Part shown: piece after piece, positions 1 through 15,789 of the stretch
How positions within the stretch are numbered: the first letter of the stretch is position 1
Layout: every line of letters starts with the position of its first letter
NCBI RefSeq assembly: GCF_009914755.1
Contig: NC_060927.1
Length of the DNA stretch: 64,000 bases
Source: the human T2T-CHM13v2.0 reference genome, Homo sapiens
Strand: one strand, 5' to 3'
Notes under the pieces: model-generated
Told to the model about the DNA's origin: nothing
What the model saw: the letters and a program-made list of their open reading frames with translations, nothing else
Database searches by the model: none
Position numbers and translations under genes: made by a program

Positions 1-3389
<3,389 letters not shown>

Positions 3390-3452
3390 TATGATGTTAG
3401 CTGGTTATTTTGCTCATTAGTTGATGCAGTTTCTTCCTAGCATCAGTGGTCT

Positions 3453-4465
3453 TTACAATTTGGCATGTTTTTGCAGTGGCTGGTACCGGTTGTTCCTTTT
3501 CATGTTTAGTGTTTCCTTCAGGAGCTCTTTTAGGGCAGGCCTGGTGGTGACAAAATCTCTCAGCGTTTGTTTGTCTGTAAAGTATTTTATTTCTCCTTCA
3601 CTTATGAAGCTTAGTTTGGCTGGATATGAAATTCTTCGTTGAAAATTCTTTTCTTTAAGAATGTTGAATATTGGCCCCCACTCTCTTCTGGCTTGTAGAC
3701 TTTCTGCTGAGAGATCGCTGTTAGTCTGATGGGCTTCCCTTTGTGGGTAACCCGACCTTGGTCTCTGGCTGCCCTTAGCATTTTTTCCTTCATTTCAACT
3801 TTGTTGAATCTGACAATTATGTGTCTTGGAGTTGCTCTTCTCAAGGAGTATCTTTGTGGCGTTCTCTGTATTTCCTGAATTTGAATATTGGCCTGCCTTG
3901 CTAGATTGGGGAAGTTCTCCTGGATAATATCCTGCAGAGTGTTTTCCAACTTGGTTCCATTCTCCGTGTCACTTTCAGGTACATCAATCAGACGTAGATT
4001 TGGTCTTTTCACATGGTCCCATATTTCTTGGAGGCTTTGTTCGTTTCTTTTTATTCTTTTTTCTTTAAACTTCTCTTCTCGCTTCATTTCATTCATTTGA
4101 TCTTCCATCACTGTTACCCTTTCTTCCAGTTGATCGAATCGACTACTGAGGCTTGCGCATTCGTCACGTAGTTCTCATGCCTTGGTTTTCAGCTCCATCA
4201 GGTCCTTTAAGGACTTCTCTGCATTGGTTATTCTAGTTAGCCGTTCATCTAATTTTTTTTCAAGGTTTTTAACTTCTTTGCCATGGGTTCGAACTTCCTC
4301 CTTTAGCTCAGAGTAGTTTGATCGTCTGAAGCCTTCTCTCAACTTGTCAAAGTCATGCTCCATCCGGCTTTGTTCTGTTGCTGGTGAGGAGCTGCGTTCC
4401 TTTGGAGGAGGAGAGGCACTCTGATGTTTAGAGTTTCCAGTTTTTCTGCTCTGTTTTTTCCCCAT
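3453..4465 (-). pseudogene. L1 ORF1 (RNA-binding protein), disrupted
   Basis: ATG at 4465 (MGKKQSRK), TAA at 3453-3455; premature TGA at 4175-4177 (CGA>TGA) and a frameshift near 3715. Confidence 0.95.
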
Positions 4466-5495
4466 CTTTGTGGTTTTATCTACCTTTGTTTGGTCTTTGA
4501 TCATGGTGACGTACAGATGGGGTTTTGGTGTGGATGTCCTTTCTGTTTGTTAGTTTTCCTTCTAACAGTCAGGACCCTCAGCTGCAGGTCTGTTGGAGTT
4601 TGCTGGAGGTCCACTGCAGACCCTGTTTGCCTGAGTATCAGCAGTGGAGGCTGCAGAACAGTGGATATTGGTGAACAGCAAATGTTGCTGCCTGATTGTT
4701 CCTCTGGAAGTTTTGTCTCAGAGGAATACCCGGCCATTTGAGGTGTCAGTCTGCCCCTACTGGGGGATGCCTCCCAGTTAGGCTACTTGGGGGTCAGGGA
4801 CCCACTTGAGGCAGTCTGTCTGTTCTCAGATCTCAAACTGCATGCTGGGACAACCACTACTCTCTTCAAAGCTGGCAGACAGGGACATTTAAGTCTGCAG
4901 AGGTTTCTGCTGCCTTTTGTTTGGCTATGCCCTGCCCCCAGAGGTGGAGTCTACGGAGGCAGGCAGGCCTCCTTGAGCTGCGGTGGGCTCCACCCCGTTC
5001 AAGCTTCCCAGCTGCTTTGTTTACCTCCTCAAGCCTCGGCAATGGTGGGCGCCCCTCCCCGAACCTCGCTGCCGCCTTGCAGTTTGATCTCAGACTGCTG
5101 TGCTAGCAATGAGCGAGGCTCCCTAGGCGTAGGATCCTCTGAGCTAGGCACGGCATATAATCTCCTGGTGTGCCATTTGCTAAGACCTTTGGAAAAGCAC
5201 AGTATTAGGGTGGGAGTGACCCAATTTTCCAGGTGCCGTCTGTCACCCCTTTCTTTGACTAGGAAAGGGAATTCCCTGACCCCTTGCACTTCCCGGGTGA
5301 GGCGATGCCTTGCCCTGCTTTGGCTCACGCTTAATACACTGCACCCACTGTCCTGCACCCACTTTCTGACACTCCCCAGTGAGATGAATCCGGTACCTCT
5401 GTTGGAAATGCAGAAATCACCCGTCTTCTGCGTCGCTCATGCTGGGAGCTGTAGACTGGAGATGTTCCTATTCGGCCATCTTGGCTGCACCCCCC
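4466..5495 (-). promoter_or_regulatory. L1 5'UTR: internal sense promoter plus antisense promoter, intact YY1 site
   Basis: YY1 motif CAAGATGGCC (minus) at 5474-5483; GC-rich, partly CpG-decayed; extra about 129-bp segment at about 4597-4725. Confidence 0.88.
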
Positions 5496-5542
5496 ATGTG
5501 TGGTTTTCAAATGTGTCACTCCTAGGGCGATATAAGACCTGA
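5042..5542 (+). CDS. L1 antisense ORF0 homologue, open for 166 codons (translation unproven)
   Basis: MVGAPPRTSLPPCSLISDCCASN... within ORF 4787-5542; ATG in GCAATGG context; resembles the N-terminus of primate L1 ORF0 (MAGAPPPASLPPCSLISDCCASN). Confidence 0.5.
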   Translation: MVGAPPRTSLPPCSLISDCCASNERGSLGVGSSELGTAYNLLVCHLLRPLEKHSIRVGVTQFSRCRLSPLSLTRKGNSLTPCTSRVRRCLALLWLTLNTLHPLSCTHFLTLPSEMNPVPLLEMQKSPVFCVAHAGSCRLEMFLFGHLGCTPHVWFSNVSLLGRYKT

Positions 5543-6299
5543 TATTCAAAATCACTACTCGAATTCCCAACAGAAAGACTTCTTACCAACGTAAGGCACA
5601 CTATAACACATTGCTGATCATTGGTCTCATACCCAGATTATATTTTATCCCACAAGATCTCTTGCCAGTTCTTTATATTTCTGTGTTTGATCCCAGACAA
5701 CCTATCATGTAATCCATATGGACATGACTTCGTAGCTGTGTAAATATCAGTCCCTGATGGCTCTTCCACAACTTTGCAGATCATGTAGCTGAAGTACAAG
5801 TTCATCCATGAATCAGGAGCCACCCAGTCTACTGTGGTTCAGTTACAGAAAACACAGCAAGAGCCAAACATGTTACTAGGCTCCTAGATTCTGTTTACAC
5901 TGGTGTTACCACCACGGATGGAGGCATCAGATTTTCAATTTAAGAGCTTAGCAAAATCAAAGGTCTGCCAAAACCATGAACTTATTCACTGCCAAAGAAG
6001 TGAATAAGTTCAGATGTTTAAAAAGATTAATTTCACATCTAGCCTTGAATATATTTTTTCTATGATGTATAAGGTGCAATTCTCCTCTGTTCTCCATCCC
6101 TAATCCTAGTCCCCCATAAGCTCCTGGGTTTTAACTATGGTTATCACTTTTTGTTGTTTATTTCTAGAACTTTGTCTATACATTTTGATAAACGTTAACC
6201 ATAAATAATACATAATATCATTCTGTATTTTGCTGATTTTTTTCCTTTAATTCCATAACATGCCTTTGCTGATTTTACCATGTTAGTATATGTAGATTC

Positions 6300-6730
6300 T
6301 GTTAGTTACAATTAGGTTCAGCTGATAATAGAAACCCACATATTACTGTGGCTAAAGAAGATAAAAGTTTATTTCTGTCTCCCATTTAAGAAGCTGAGAG
6401 ATAGTCAACCTGGGACTGCTTTGGTGTTTCATATTACTCACCCAGCCTCTGTCCAGCTTGTTGTTCCGTAGTGTATGACATCCCTTTTCAAGGTCACCTC
6501 AAGATCCAAGGTGGCTTGTGATTCAAGATTGCCTAAACTCAAGTCATTTGGAAAGAGGACTTTCAAGATCATTTCCCTGAAGTTATAGACAACCTTCATA
6601 CTTATGTACCATTGTCCAGAACTTAATGACATTGAATACCTAACTGCATGTGAGAATAGAACATATCATCTTTTAGGGAAGATGGCCACAATCCCCAGCT
6701 AAAATCTTGGAGTTCTGCTATTGAGAATGA
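6300..6730. mobile_element. Old ERVL/MaLR (MLT1-type) LTR remnant
   Basis: MLT1-like motifs (gtggctaaagaagataaaagtttatttct; tccaaggtggct; ccattgtccagaactt), highly diverged. Confidence 0.5.
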
Positions 6731-7342
6731 AGGGAACGAAAGTAATAGAGAGAAAACTCGCAGTTGTATTTACCTCAATTTTTGACTGCTATGTGGTTAG
6801 AGTGTTTTGAACCTTTCCTTGAAGAGAAAGTAGGTAGAGGACAGAGGAGAGGGAGAGAAATTCCTGGTACTTGTTGTAAAATATTGGCCATTTTTGATCA
6901 CATATTGCATCAAATGTTTTCCATTTTTCTTCCAAACTCATTCTCCACCTTCTCTTACTCCCTGTTCTTTGGTGATGGAGGCTGGCTGGGTGCTCCCTTC
7001 TCTACATGGCTTTCTCCTCCATCCTCTTGCCCCTTTTGGCCTACAAGCGTTATAGTCTATTCCACTGTAACTAGCTCTGGGCTACTGCACTACTCCTTGT
7101 GGTCTCCTTACACTTCACCCATACCTGTATAAATAGATAAAAATTATCCTAATTTAATTATGTCAAAATCTTCAGTAATAAAACTACTGAGATCTGAAGT
7201 AGTGGTTCTCTAGCATTCCAACAGCAACCCTACTTAGTGCTATGTGAGCTTTCCATCTGGTTCTTACCATTTATTTGGGCAACTTGTTTGATTCCTATGG
7301 GGTTCATTTTTTTCACCTCCAAAGTATGAAACTGTCTGGATC

Positions 7343-8653
7343 GGTGGTTCTCAAACATGAATGTACATCACCATCACCTGGAAGGTTTGTGAACATTGAT
7401 TGCTGAGTTCTACCCCCAAATTTTCTGAATCCATAGGTCTGGGCCAAGAATTTCTATTTCTATTTATTTATTTATTTATTTCAATAGTTTTTGGGGAACA
7501 GGTGATTTTTGGTTACATGGATAGGTTCTTTAGGGGCAATATCTGAGGTTTTGGTGCACCTATCACCGAGCAGTGTACACTGTACCCAATATGTATTCTT
7601 TTAACTCTCACTCCCTTTCCCATGCTTTCTCCTGAGTCTCCAAGGTCTGTTCTATCTTCTTATGCCTTTGAATTTTCATAGCTTAGCTCCCACTTATAGT
7701 GAGAACATATGATGTTTGGTTTTCCATTCCTGAGTTACTTCAGTTAGAATAATGGCCTCCAACTCCAGCCACGTTGCTGCAAATGCCATTATTTCATTTT
7801 GTTTTATGTCTGAGTAGTATTCCATGGTGTATATATACCACATTTTCTTTATCCACGTGTTGGTTGACAGGCATTTAGGTTGGTTCCATATTTTTGTAAT
7901 TGTGAATTATGCTGCTATACATGTGTGTGTCCATGTGTCTTTTTCATATAATGACTGCTTTTCTGTTGGGTAGATACCCAGTAGTAGGATTGCTGGATCA
8001 AATAATAGTCCTACTTTTAGTTCTTTAAGGAATTTCCATACTGTGGTTGTACCAGTTTACATTCTCACATGCAGTGTAAAAGTGTTCCCTTTCACCACAT
8101 CCATGCCAACATCTATTTAAAAAGATTCTTAATTATGGTGATTCTTGCAGGAGTAAGGTGGTATCTCACTGTGGTTTTAGTTTCCAGTTCTCTGATAATT
8201 AGGGATATTGAGCATTTCTTCATATGTTTGTTGGTGGTTTGAATATCTTCTTTTGAGCATTGTGTATTCGTGCCCTTTGCCCACTTTTTGATGCATTTTT
8301 TTCTTTGCTTATTTGTTTGAGCTTCTTGTAGCTTCTGGAAATTAGCCCTGTGTTAGATGCATAGTTATCGAATATTTTCTTTCATATCAGAAAAACTCTT
8401 CTACACGTTGGTGTAGGCAAAAAATTCATGACTAAGAACTCAAAAGCAAATTCAACAAAAACAAAAATAAATAAATGGGACCTAATTAAACTAAAAGACT
8501 TCTGCACAGCAAAAGAAATAATGAGCAGAGAAAACAGACAACCCACAGAATGGGAGAAAATGTTTATTTTTTGTTTTGTGGGTACATAATCAGTGTATAC
8601 ATTTATGGGGTACTGATGCTGCTGGTCCAAAGACTACACTTTGAGAACCACTG
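7343..8653. mobile_element. MER5A (hAT-Charlie MITE) split by L1 insertions (7343-7461 and 8614-8653)
   Basis: gtggttctcaaac... left terminus and ...ctttgagaaccactg right terminus form the terminal inverted repeats. Confidence 0.8.
7462..8561 (-). mobile_element. L1PB1-like 3' fragment with 5' inversion (7462-8385 minus, 8386-8561 plus)
   Basis: (TTTA)n tail then tttcaatagtttttggggaacagg L1PB 3' end; orientation switches at 8386 to sense ORF2 sequence ending ...agaatgggagaaaat. Confidence 0.9.
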
Positions 8654-11399
8654 GTCTAGAAGATGATCTCTAAGACTTAATCCACTTCAGTACTCACTGA
8701 CTTAATTTCAGTATCCTAATGTAGCATGGCTTCATTTAATTTTTCTTATGGATTAAGTGATTCAGCTGATTATCTTTTATAAGAGTCTCTCCAAGAGTAG
8801 TAACCACAGATACTGTGCCAGGGCTGTCTAAATAAGATGTCCTTGATATTGAATTATTAAGCAAAATGGAAACTTGGTCAAAGCATCCACACTTGAAAAA
8901 ATAAAGTAATTCAATGTCAGGTCTAATTTTACAGTACACATTCAAGGATTTCTCTTGTGTATAGTTCTTCAGTAGATTTCAATATCTAGATGTGTTAATT
9001 TTTTTCTCAATTTTTATTTGGCTTGCCTCCGAATTCTATGTTTGGTCAACGAATCAGAGTGTCAAAGAATATGCTTCCAAACATTGTTTTACTAACCCTT
9101 AGTAGACCCTCCAGAGACCACCTAAGACAGTTGTATCTTTTAATGTGGTGGGGAGAATCAGAAGAGGTTTTAGGAGTAGGACTGAGAAAGGGAAGGAACA
9201 ATTAAAGTATAATTGCACTGTTTTTCCCACTCTTTCTACTTGATCATTCAGTGGAACTAAATAGGAAGTAATGTTTTGGGGCTATCGATATATAAGGAGG
9301 AAGCTACTAAATGCAGAGCAGACGTGTAGTAACACAATCAAATGGTTTTCTCTCCATTATGCTGATCAGCATTCAGGAAGTTTAACCTAAACTCTATATT
9401 TTTATATAAATATTATAAGTGCATACATAAAATATACAAGTATAATGAATGAACACATATAATATACATACATATGTTACATAACTGACAATATACTATT
9501 ATTTTAGAATTCCTTATTAAAAACAGCAACAAAAAATCAGTTTAAGTCAGGTGACTTAGATTGTTACAGTTCATAGTCATGGTTCATTCTACCCTGTATT
9601 ATGATTATGTAGAAGCTAGTAATTTTGGTGGTTTGTATGGGTCAAATGAATAGTCCCAGGAGGTGGTACGTGCCTCAGAACAGTCTACACAGGGTGGGCA
9701 GGTTCTGTTAGGAGCCAAGTGGCTACATGGTGGGGCTAGTAAACGTTGTTTATGGAAGTCATGAGGGGAATTAAGCAAAAAAGTGTCAAAGCCACAGACA
9801 GACCAGGAACCAGAAGCAATGGCCAAGGTAACATGAGAAAAAGTTCAAAAGTAGCTATTTTAACTGTTGATGAAGGCTTTTTTCTCAGCAGACACTTGTC
9901 ATCATGGCTAGATTCTATATGGGTTTGCTTTTGTCCTGGGCCAGTTGTACCTGATAATTGGTGAACATGTCTTAGCCACTTGATGTAATCTAAGTTTGTA
10001 GACCGAGATCTGTACCTGATTTTTCCTTGTCTGCCCAACAACTACTGTTAAGCTTTCCAGCATATATTAGTTAGTCAATAAATGTTAAAGAGTAAAACAT
10101 ACAAAATACCGTTCAAGGAACCTTCATAGGCTAGTTTTATAAACTGTTACAGTTCTGACAGCCAGAGAAGTGATCTTTTATTTTGTTTTAATTTATTGAT
10201 GTCAGGACCTACCATGAACATAGAGTTATATTGTGCAATTTTTCAATAGTGATGTGAATTTCAGTCAGCTGTGTGTTTCAGATCTACTAGGGCGTTTGCT
10301 AGCTATTCAATTCCTGTATGTTACATCCAACAACTGCCAACTTGAGCTCATTCATGTGAATTTTTATTGACATTGAACACAATGCCAGCCTCTTAGATTT
10401 CTGTCAGTCCTTAACTGGGCATTTATTCATATCTTACCTCTTGATCTGTGAAAGAAAAAAAAAGATACACAAGTAAGAGGGATGGAAGCAGGCATATAAC
10501 AGACTGCTTTATGATTTCCAGTTTCCAAAGTCTGCAGTCTTGGAAACCAAGTAGATAAGTCTGTGTTTTATTAAACCAGACTAAATGGTACCTGAGAGGT
10601 TTTATAACCAAAACTCAAAATATCTCTGGGTTTGTGGTGAGATGGACAGTACTTCAGTAGGAGCTGGTCTGGAATGGTGTCTGGGGACATTATGCTAGTG
10701 GCACAGGAATGTTTCCTGATGTTATATTTTGTTACATCTTGTCTCCTTCTGAGGTAGGAATGTTAACATTCTCACTTTACCAAGAATAATTCTGGATTTG
10801 ATTGCAAGGAAACAATAAAAACATGAACTTTCTTAGAAAAAAGAGGGGTATCTTATAGGATTTAATTCATTCATTCAGGAAATATGTAGTCACTGTCTAC
10901 TGTGTGCCAGGCACTGTTCTAGATCCTGGGGATATATTAGTAAACAAAAACATACAGAAATCCCTGCTGTCATAGAACTAATGATATCCTATGTCATCAC
11001 CAAAGGTTGAGGTTCTGGGGGACCCAAATCCAGTGTCTTTGCTTTTTCCCACTACTTTCATCATTGTGCTCCCTTATTCTTCCAGATCCCCCATATGCTG
11101 GGGAAATTGGCTGCAAATAGCATCTGTGCCTTCCATGTCAGGCCTTTCCCATTGAAGAAAAATCACCCCCCTTCCCTCCATTCTTAGTGTGAAGCATCCT
11201 CTAATTGGCCTGGCTTGGGTCATATGATGAAGTCACGTGCACATTTCCTCACCTACAACTGTGGGCGGCCAGGTTGTAGCTTTTATATCTGGTTATCCAC
11301 TCTTCAGTGTTAGAATTGGAGAAGGAAGAGTGCTTTCAAAGAAGGAGGATGTGCTTTCTGAGGGAGTAGTGTTGAGCAGATAAAATAATAGCAATCTGT

Positions 11400-11585
11400 T
11401 ATGACACTCTCTTATAATACTACATTCCTTTTGGTATTAAGGTTACTCTTGACGTGACTTATATTCTTGGACATTTTCCTAAGATCCTTGAGGACAGAGA
11501 TTGTTTCATTCATCTGTGTTTTCCTCAACTCAGGTAGCATAAAACCTTTCTCATAAGCAATGCTTAGTAAATGATTACCAAATGA
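11400..11585 (+). mobile_element. L2 3' fragment
   Basis: aagatccttgaggacagaga...tgcttagtaaatg...aatgaataaa, typical L2 3' end. Confidence 0.6.
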
Positions 11586-11644
11586 ATAAATGGCCTCGAG
11601 TTGTTGAAATTTATCTGCCATCTTGGAATACATCAAGAATTATA

Positions 11645-12020
11645 ATGAAAGTTCATATTTATTAAGCACTTACACAATGTCAGGTGTTGTACTAAGTGCT
11701 TTACAACTATTTTGTCATTTAATCCATGTAACAACTATATGCTGTATATATATTTTAAAATTGTTATTTTCACATTTTGGTGGAGAAACTAAGGCTTGGC
11801 AAGGATATGTTAATTAGTTTAAAGTTACACAAAGTTACACTCTTCTGTCTTGGTACATCTAGACTTGCTGCATTTTTTTTTCATCAGCTACACAGGTAGC
11901 TTAGGTATTTTATTATGTATTTTGCCATTCCTATTGCTGTGACTTAGATTGTTTTCAATTTGAAACTGGGACTGGGATTTGAACTCAGGAAATGCTGACT
12001 TTTAAGAATCTGCTCCTAAA
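11645..12020 (-). mobile_element. MIR interrupted by an about 120-bp insert (11841-11962)
   Basis: tttattaagcacttac...gagaaactaaggctt...aagttacac [insert] ctgggatttgaactcagg. Confidence 0.7.
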
Positions 12021-12189
12021 AATAGAAAGCAGTAGTGTTTTTTAAAAAATTAGAAAGTTCTAATTTTATTTTTTTATTCTGATAGAATAAAAGAAAATGG
12101 CATTTTATGCCATCCTTTATTTCATACTATTTTAGCACAAGAATTAAAGAGGTTAACACATTTCTCTTGTCTATACTTTAAAAAAAAAA

Positions 12190-12630
12190 CTTTGAGTTAT
12201 GCCCAGTGAGGCATATACAAAAATGATCATTGAAGAGTTTTTAAAAAAGCAAATAATTAAAAACAACCAACTATTCATCAATGAAGAATAGCAAAATACA
12301 TAGTTAAATTTCTAAGGAGTACTATGCAGCTGATGAAAACAAAATGAGGCGGGTCCGTTTGTATAAAGGTGGAAGAAGTCCATGTCCCATTGATCAATGG
12401 AACAACAACAATAACATAATTCCGAAGGGTATGTATAATATGATGCCATTTATAAGACACAAACATCACAAAACATATGTGTTCTAATGTGTATGTACTC
12501 AAGACAAAGGAGTGGCGAACTCATTGCAAAATGGAGGAGCCAGGTTTGGGGCTAAAGGTCAAAGAAAACTTCAGATATTTATATAACATTGGAAATTTTT
12601 AGCAGAGAGATTTAGTCAAATATTACTGTT
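12190..12630 (+). mobile_element. Old L1ME-type 3' fragment
   Basis: aaacaacc...tcaatg...tactatgcagc...tataatatgatgccatttata, typical L1M 3' region. Confidence 0.6.
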
Positions 12631-15129
12631 ATTTATTTAAAATAATATGGAGGAACGTACAGGCTTTGTCAAAGTTTTGTTAATGAGCATATTTACTGGG
12701 AGACATTAGGATCTACATTAGCAAGAATTATTTAGGAATCAGGTTGACACTTTGAAATCTATATCAATCTTAAATTCATAGATTGGAATAGCCAGTCAAA
12801 GGCAGTGGGAGAAAAGGCCGTTTTCCTCTGCCAAAAAAATTTGCATTTGTCAGTCATGAGCATATGTTCTTCTCCTTGGAGACTTTGTAACCCAGTGGAA
12901 CAGATAGTGTCATTAGGAAATTCATAATGTTCATTTGTGGAATTCTCACAAGCCAGTGTCCTAGCTTGAGCCATTTGGACAGATTCATGCTGGAGAAGTT
13001 TTTTATTTCATTTTTTTAATGAAAAAGTGAATATGTTATTCTAAGAATATTTTTCCTTTAATTATCAGTTTAGTTTACTGGTTATACATTGGCTTCTCTC
13101 CTTGGCTTGCATCTGTAGTTTTCTATAGTGTGTCTCAGAAATTTTATCCAATTTTATTCATCTGTTCTGATATACATTTCCCGAAGCGTATTTATCTAAT
13201 TGATTTTTGGTGAGATTCTTGCACTAGGTTTTCCTAGTGTGCTTGTTAGTAATACTGGCAAAGATGCTTCACAATAAATTGAATTTTAAGAAATCCACAC
13301 ATTTATTGATTTAGTTCAACCTTTTCTCATGTCAACTCAATTGCCCAGCAGTCCTACTTGGCATTTTAAAACCACCTGATGATTCAAAGCCCTTCTGAGG
13401 TAAGCTGGAACCATTAAAATGAATGTAAAAATTCCTTGGTATTTTCTAAAGCGGTTATCTTAACTGTATTATACAGTTCTAATCCACAATTAAGACCTCA
13501 GCATTAGTTGCAAGTTTTTAGATAAAACGAAACTTGAAATTACCTCTGTTTGAGAAGAAGGAGGATGCTAAGTTGGAAGATGCTTTCCTTGAAGCCTAGG
13601 TGGTGCCATCTCCAGCTGTGATTTTTTGCAAGTGTTTCACATTTCCCTTTGCAGTGTTATCCTTCATTTCATGTTGGTTCCACTGTGTGAAATCAAAGCA
13701 GGCAAACACCACAGGATTCTAATAAGTTTCTCAGTTTTGCAAGTGGTGTGACTTTTCTTACTGTGGAACAAGATAGCAAAATGAAACCCTAAACAACAAA
13801 CTTGTTTCTACCAACAAAATCTGTAAAACTATGCAATGTAAACTTCAGCTCCAAAAGCCTTAATTTAGCCCACTTGAGAAACACATTCTCTGCTTCTTTA
13901 TTTTGGAGAAGGCAAATATACTTCTCTTTCTTGTTTAAGCCTGTCTTAATCTCTAAGAAGGCCATTGGGTTTCAGGTAGAGAAAATATTTTGAAAACATA
14001 TGATGAAGAGACTTATGTAGGATTGACTGTGTGCATGTTTTTAAAAAGATGGGACTTCTACTACACAAATCATAATCTGAGAAACCAAACACAAATGCCA
14101 TTCACAGAAGGACTTTTGACCAATTTTTCCTTTTTAGGATTATTATGGCTTATGGGGTTTAAGAAGAAGAATGAACAAAATGAACAAAGAATAAATATAT
14201 TTCATAAGGATATTCGTGTTGAGTTTTCCCTGCAAAGAACAGATTCATATAACTATTACCTTATGTAAAAGGGGTAGATTCAGTGATCACTGAATTAATC
14301 AAAGTTCAAAGAAATGCCATTCCATTTAGTGAATGAAAAGAGGTACAAAAATATTTTGATGGAGCCAGATGTGGTGTAGATTCTGGAAATTGATGCAAAG
14401 AGTGTATAAAATACATAGATAAGAATATTACAACTTTGAAGAACAATGTATTTTATCACACCAAGCAATCTTGGCCAGTAATTACATCAAAATGTTAAAA
14501 GATTATTTAGGAAGTAAAGTGATTAAGAAGATTTGCTAAATGTCACCTTCTTTGTGAAGTTTTCTCTGCTTCTATATGGTCACACCATCATCTGGGCAGC
14601 TTTGGTATTTTGCACTTATCTCCTTAATGCCTCTCATCATATTAATTGTATTTTTCTTTTTTTTTAAATTTACTAACCTGCTTCTTATACTAGATAGTGT
14701 GATACTCTAAGACTGAGATTCTACCGTATTCTGTTTTGCTGAGCATGGTGCTTGGGAGAGTTGAATGCTCAAAAGGTTGGTGAATAAATAAATAAATGGT
14801 GCCATGGTTTGTTGCCAAATGCCACATTCAGGGCTCAGAACTCTGTCGCCATGGAAAACATACCTTTACATTGGATTCTGTTTCCTTTATCTGTGAAATG
14901 AGAAGAGTTGATTATCTGTAGTTCTGAAAATTTTAAACCACTCAATCCTTTCTTTAAATCTGTTAAACAGATAAAATAACTCCTTTAGTTGAACTGGGGA
15001 TTGAGCTAGAACAAACCAGCTTATGTCGGTGAAATGCTAATGACATCTGTCAGGACAATTCAAAATCCTTGGATTTCTAAGGACCCTGCAGAACTAATCA
15101 ATAGTTTTAAACTTGTGTGTAGATCACTG

Positions 15130-15310
15130 ATATAAAAATACTGCCTTTGGAATAATGTTACTGATAAAATCTTATTCTGGGATTTAACTAAATGATAAAG
15201 TGAACTCAATGTAAATATAAAAACACTGCATTTGGAATAATGTTAGTGATAAACAAAATTTTATTCTGGAGTTTTAACTCAATACTCAAGTGAACTCAAT
15301 GTGAATATAA
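15130..15310. repeat. Diverged tandem duplication, about 85-90-bp unit, 2 copies
   Basis: atataaaaa(t/c)actgc.tttggaataatgtta.tgataaa...ttattctgg...aagtgaactcaatgt at 15130 and again at 15215. Confidence 0.9.
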
Positions 15311-15789
15311 GAGATAGATTGTATTACACAGCTCTGTATAAATAGTGATGGATAGATAACTCCTGGTTCCCCCCATCCTGACAAATAAGATATAAAGGGT
15401 GGATTATCACATAGCTAGATGACTATTGTTTGCCCCACACTAAAGAATAGAAAGCTGACAATCATTTCATTAAAAGATTTCAACAACCAATAAAGATAAA
15501 TTCAGGCCTAAAGGTTTCCTTTTACCTGGAATTACCCATCAGATTAACCATCAGTTTTTCCATGTTGACTCACAAGGAAGAGTCTTAATGACAAAGGATT
15601 CATTCATTGCCCTTCAGATTTTTTTCTGTTGGGGAAAGTTTAACAAATTCACAAGCAAAAAGCCCCCACACCTATGGGCTTGGAGAATTCAACTGAGATC
15701 ACAAGCGAAAGAGTCACTTAAATTTTTTTTTTTCTACTTTAAGGAGGAATTCCTTTCTCTGTTTGTCCCACTGCCTTTATATAAATCTG

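Noticed and set aside
5600-5940. Possible ancient RTE/CR1 reverse-transcriptase relic on the minus strand (VAPDSWMNLYFSYMICKVVE)
   Set aside because: Only a vague resemblance to the LAPxLFN motif; no QG or ADD motif; cannot be supported without an HMM search.
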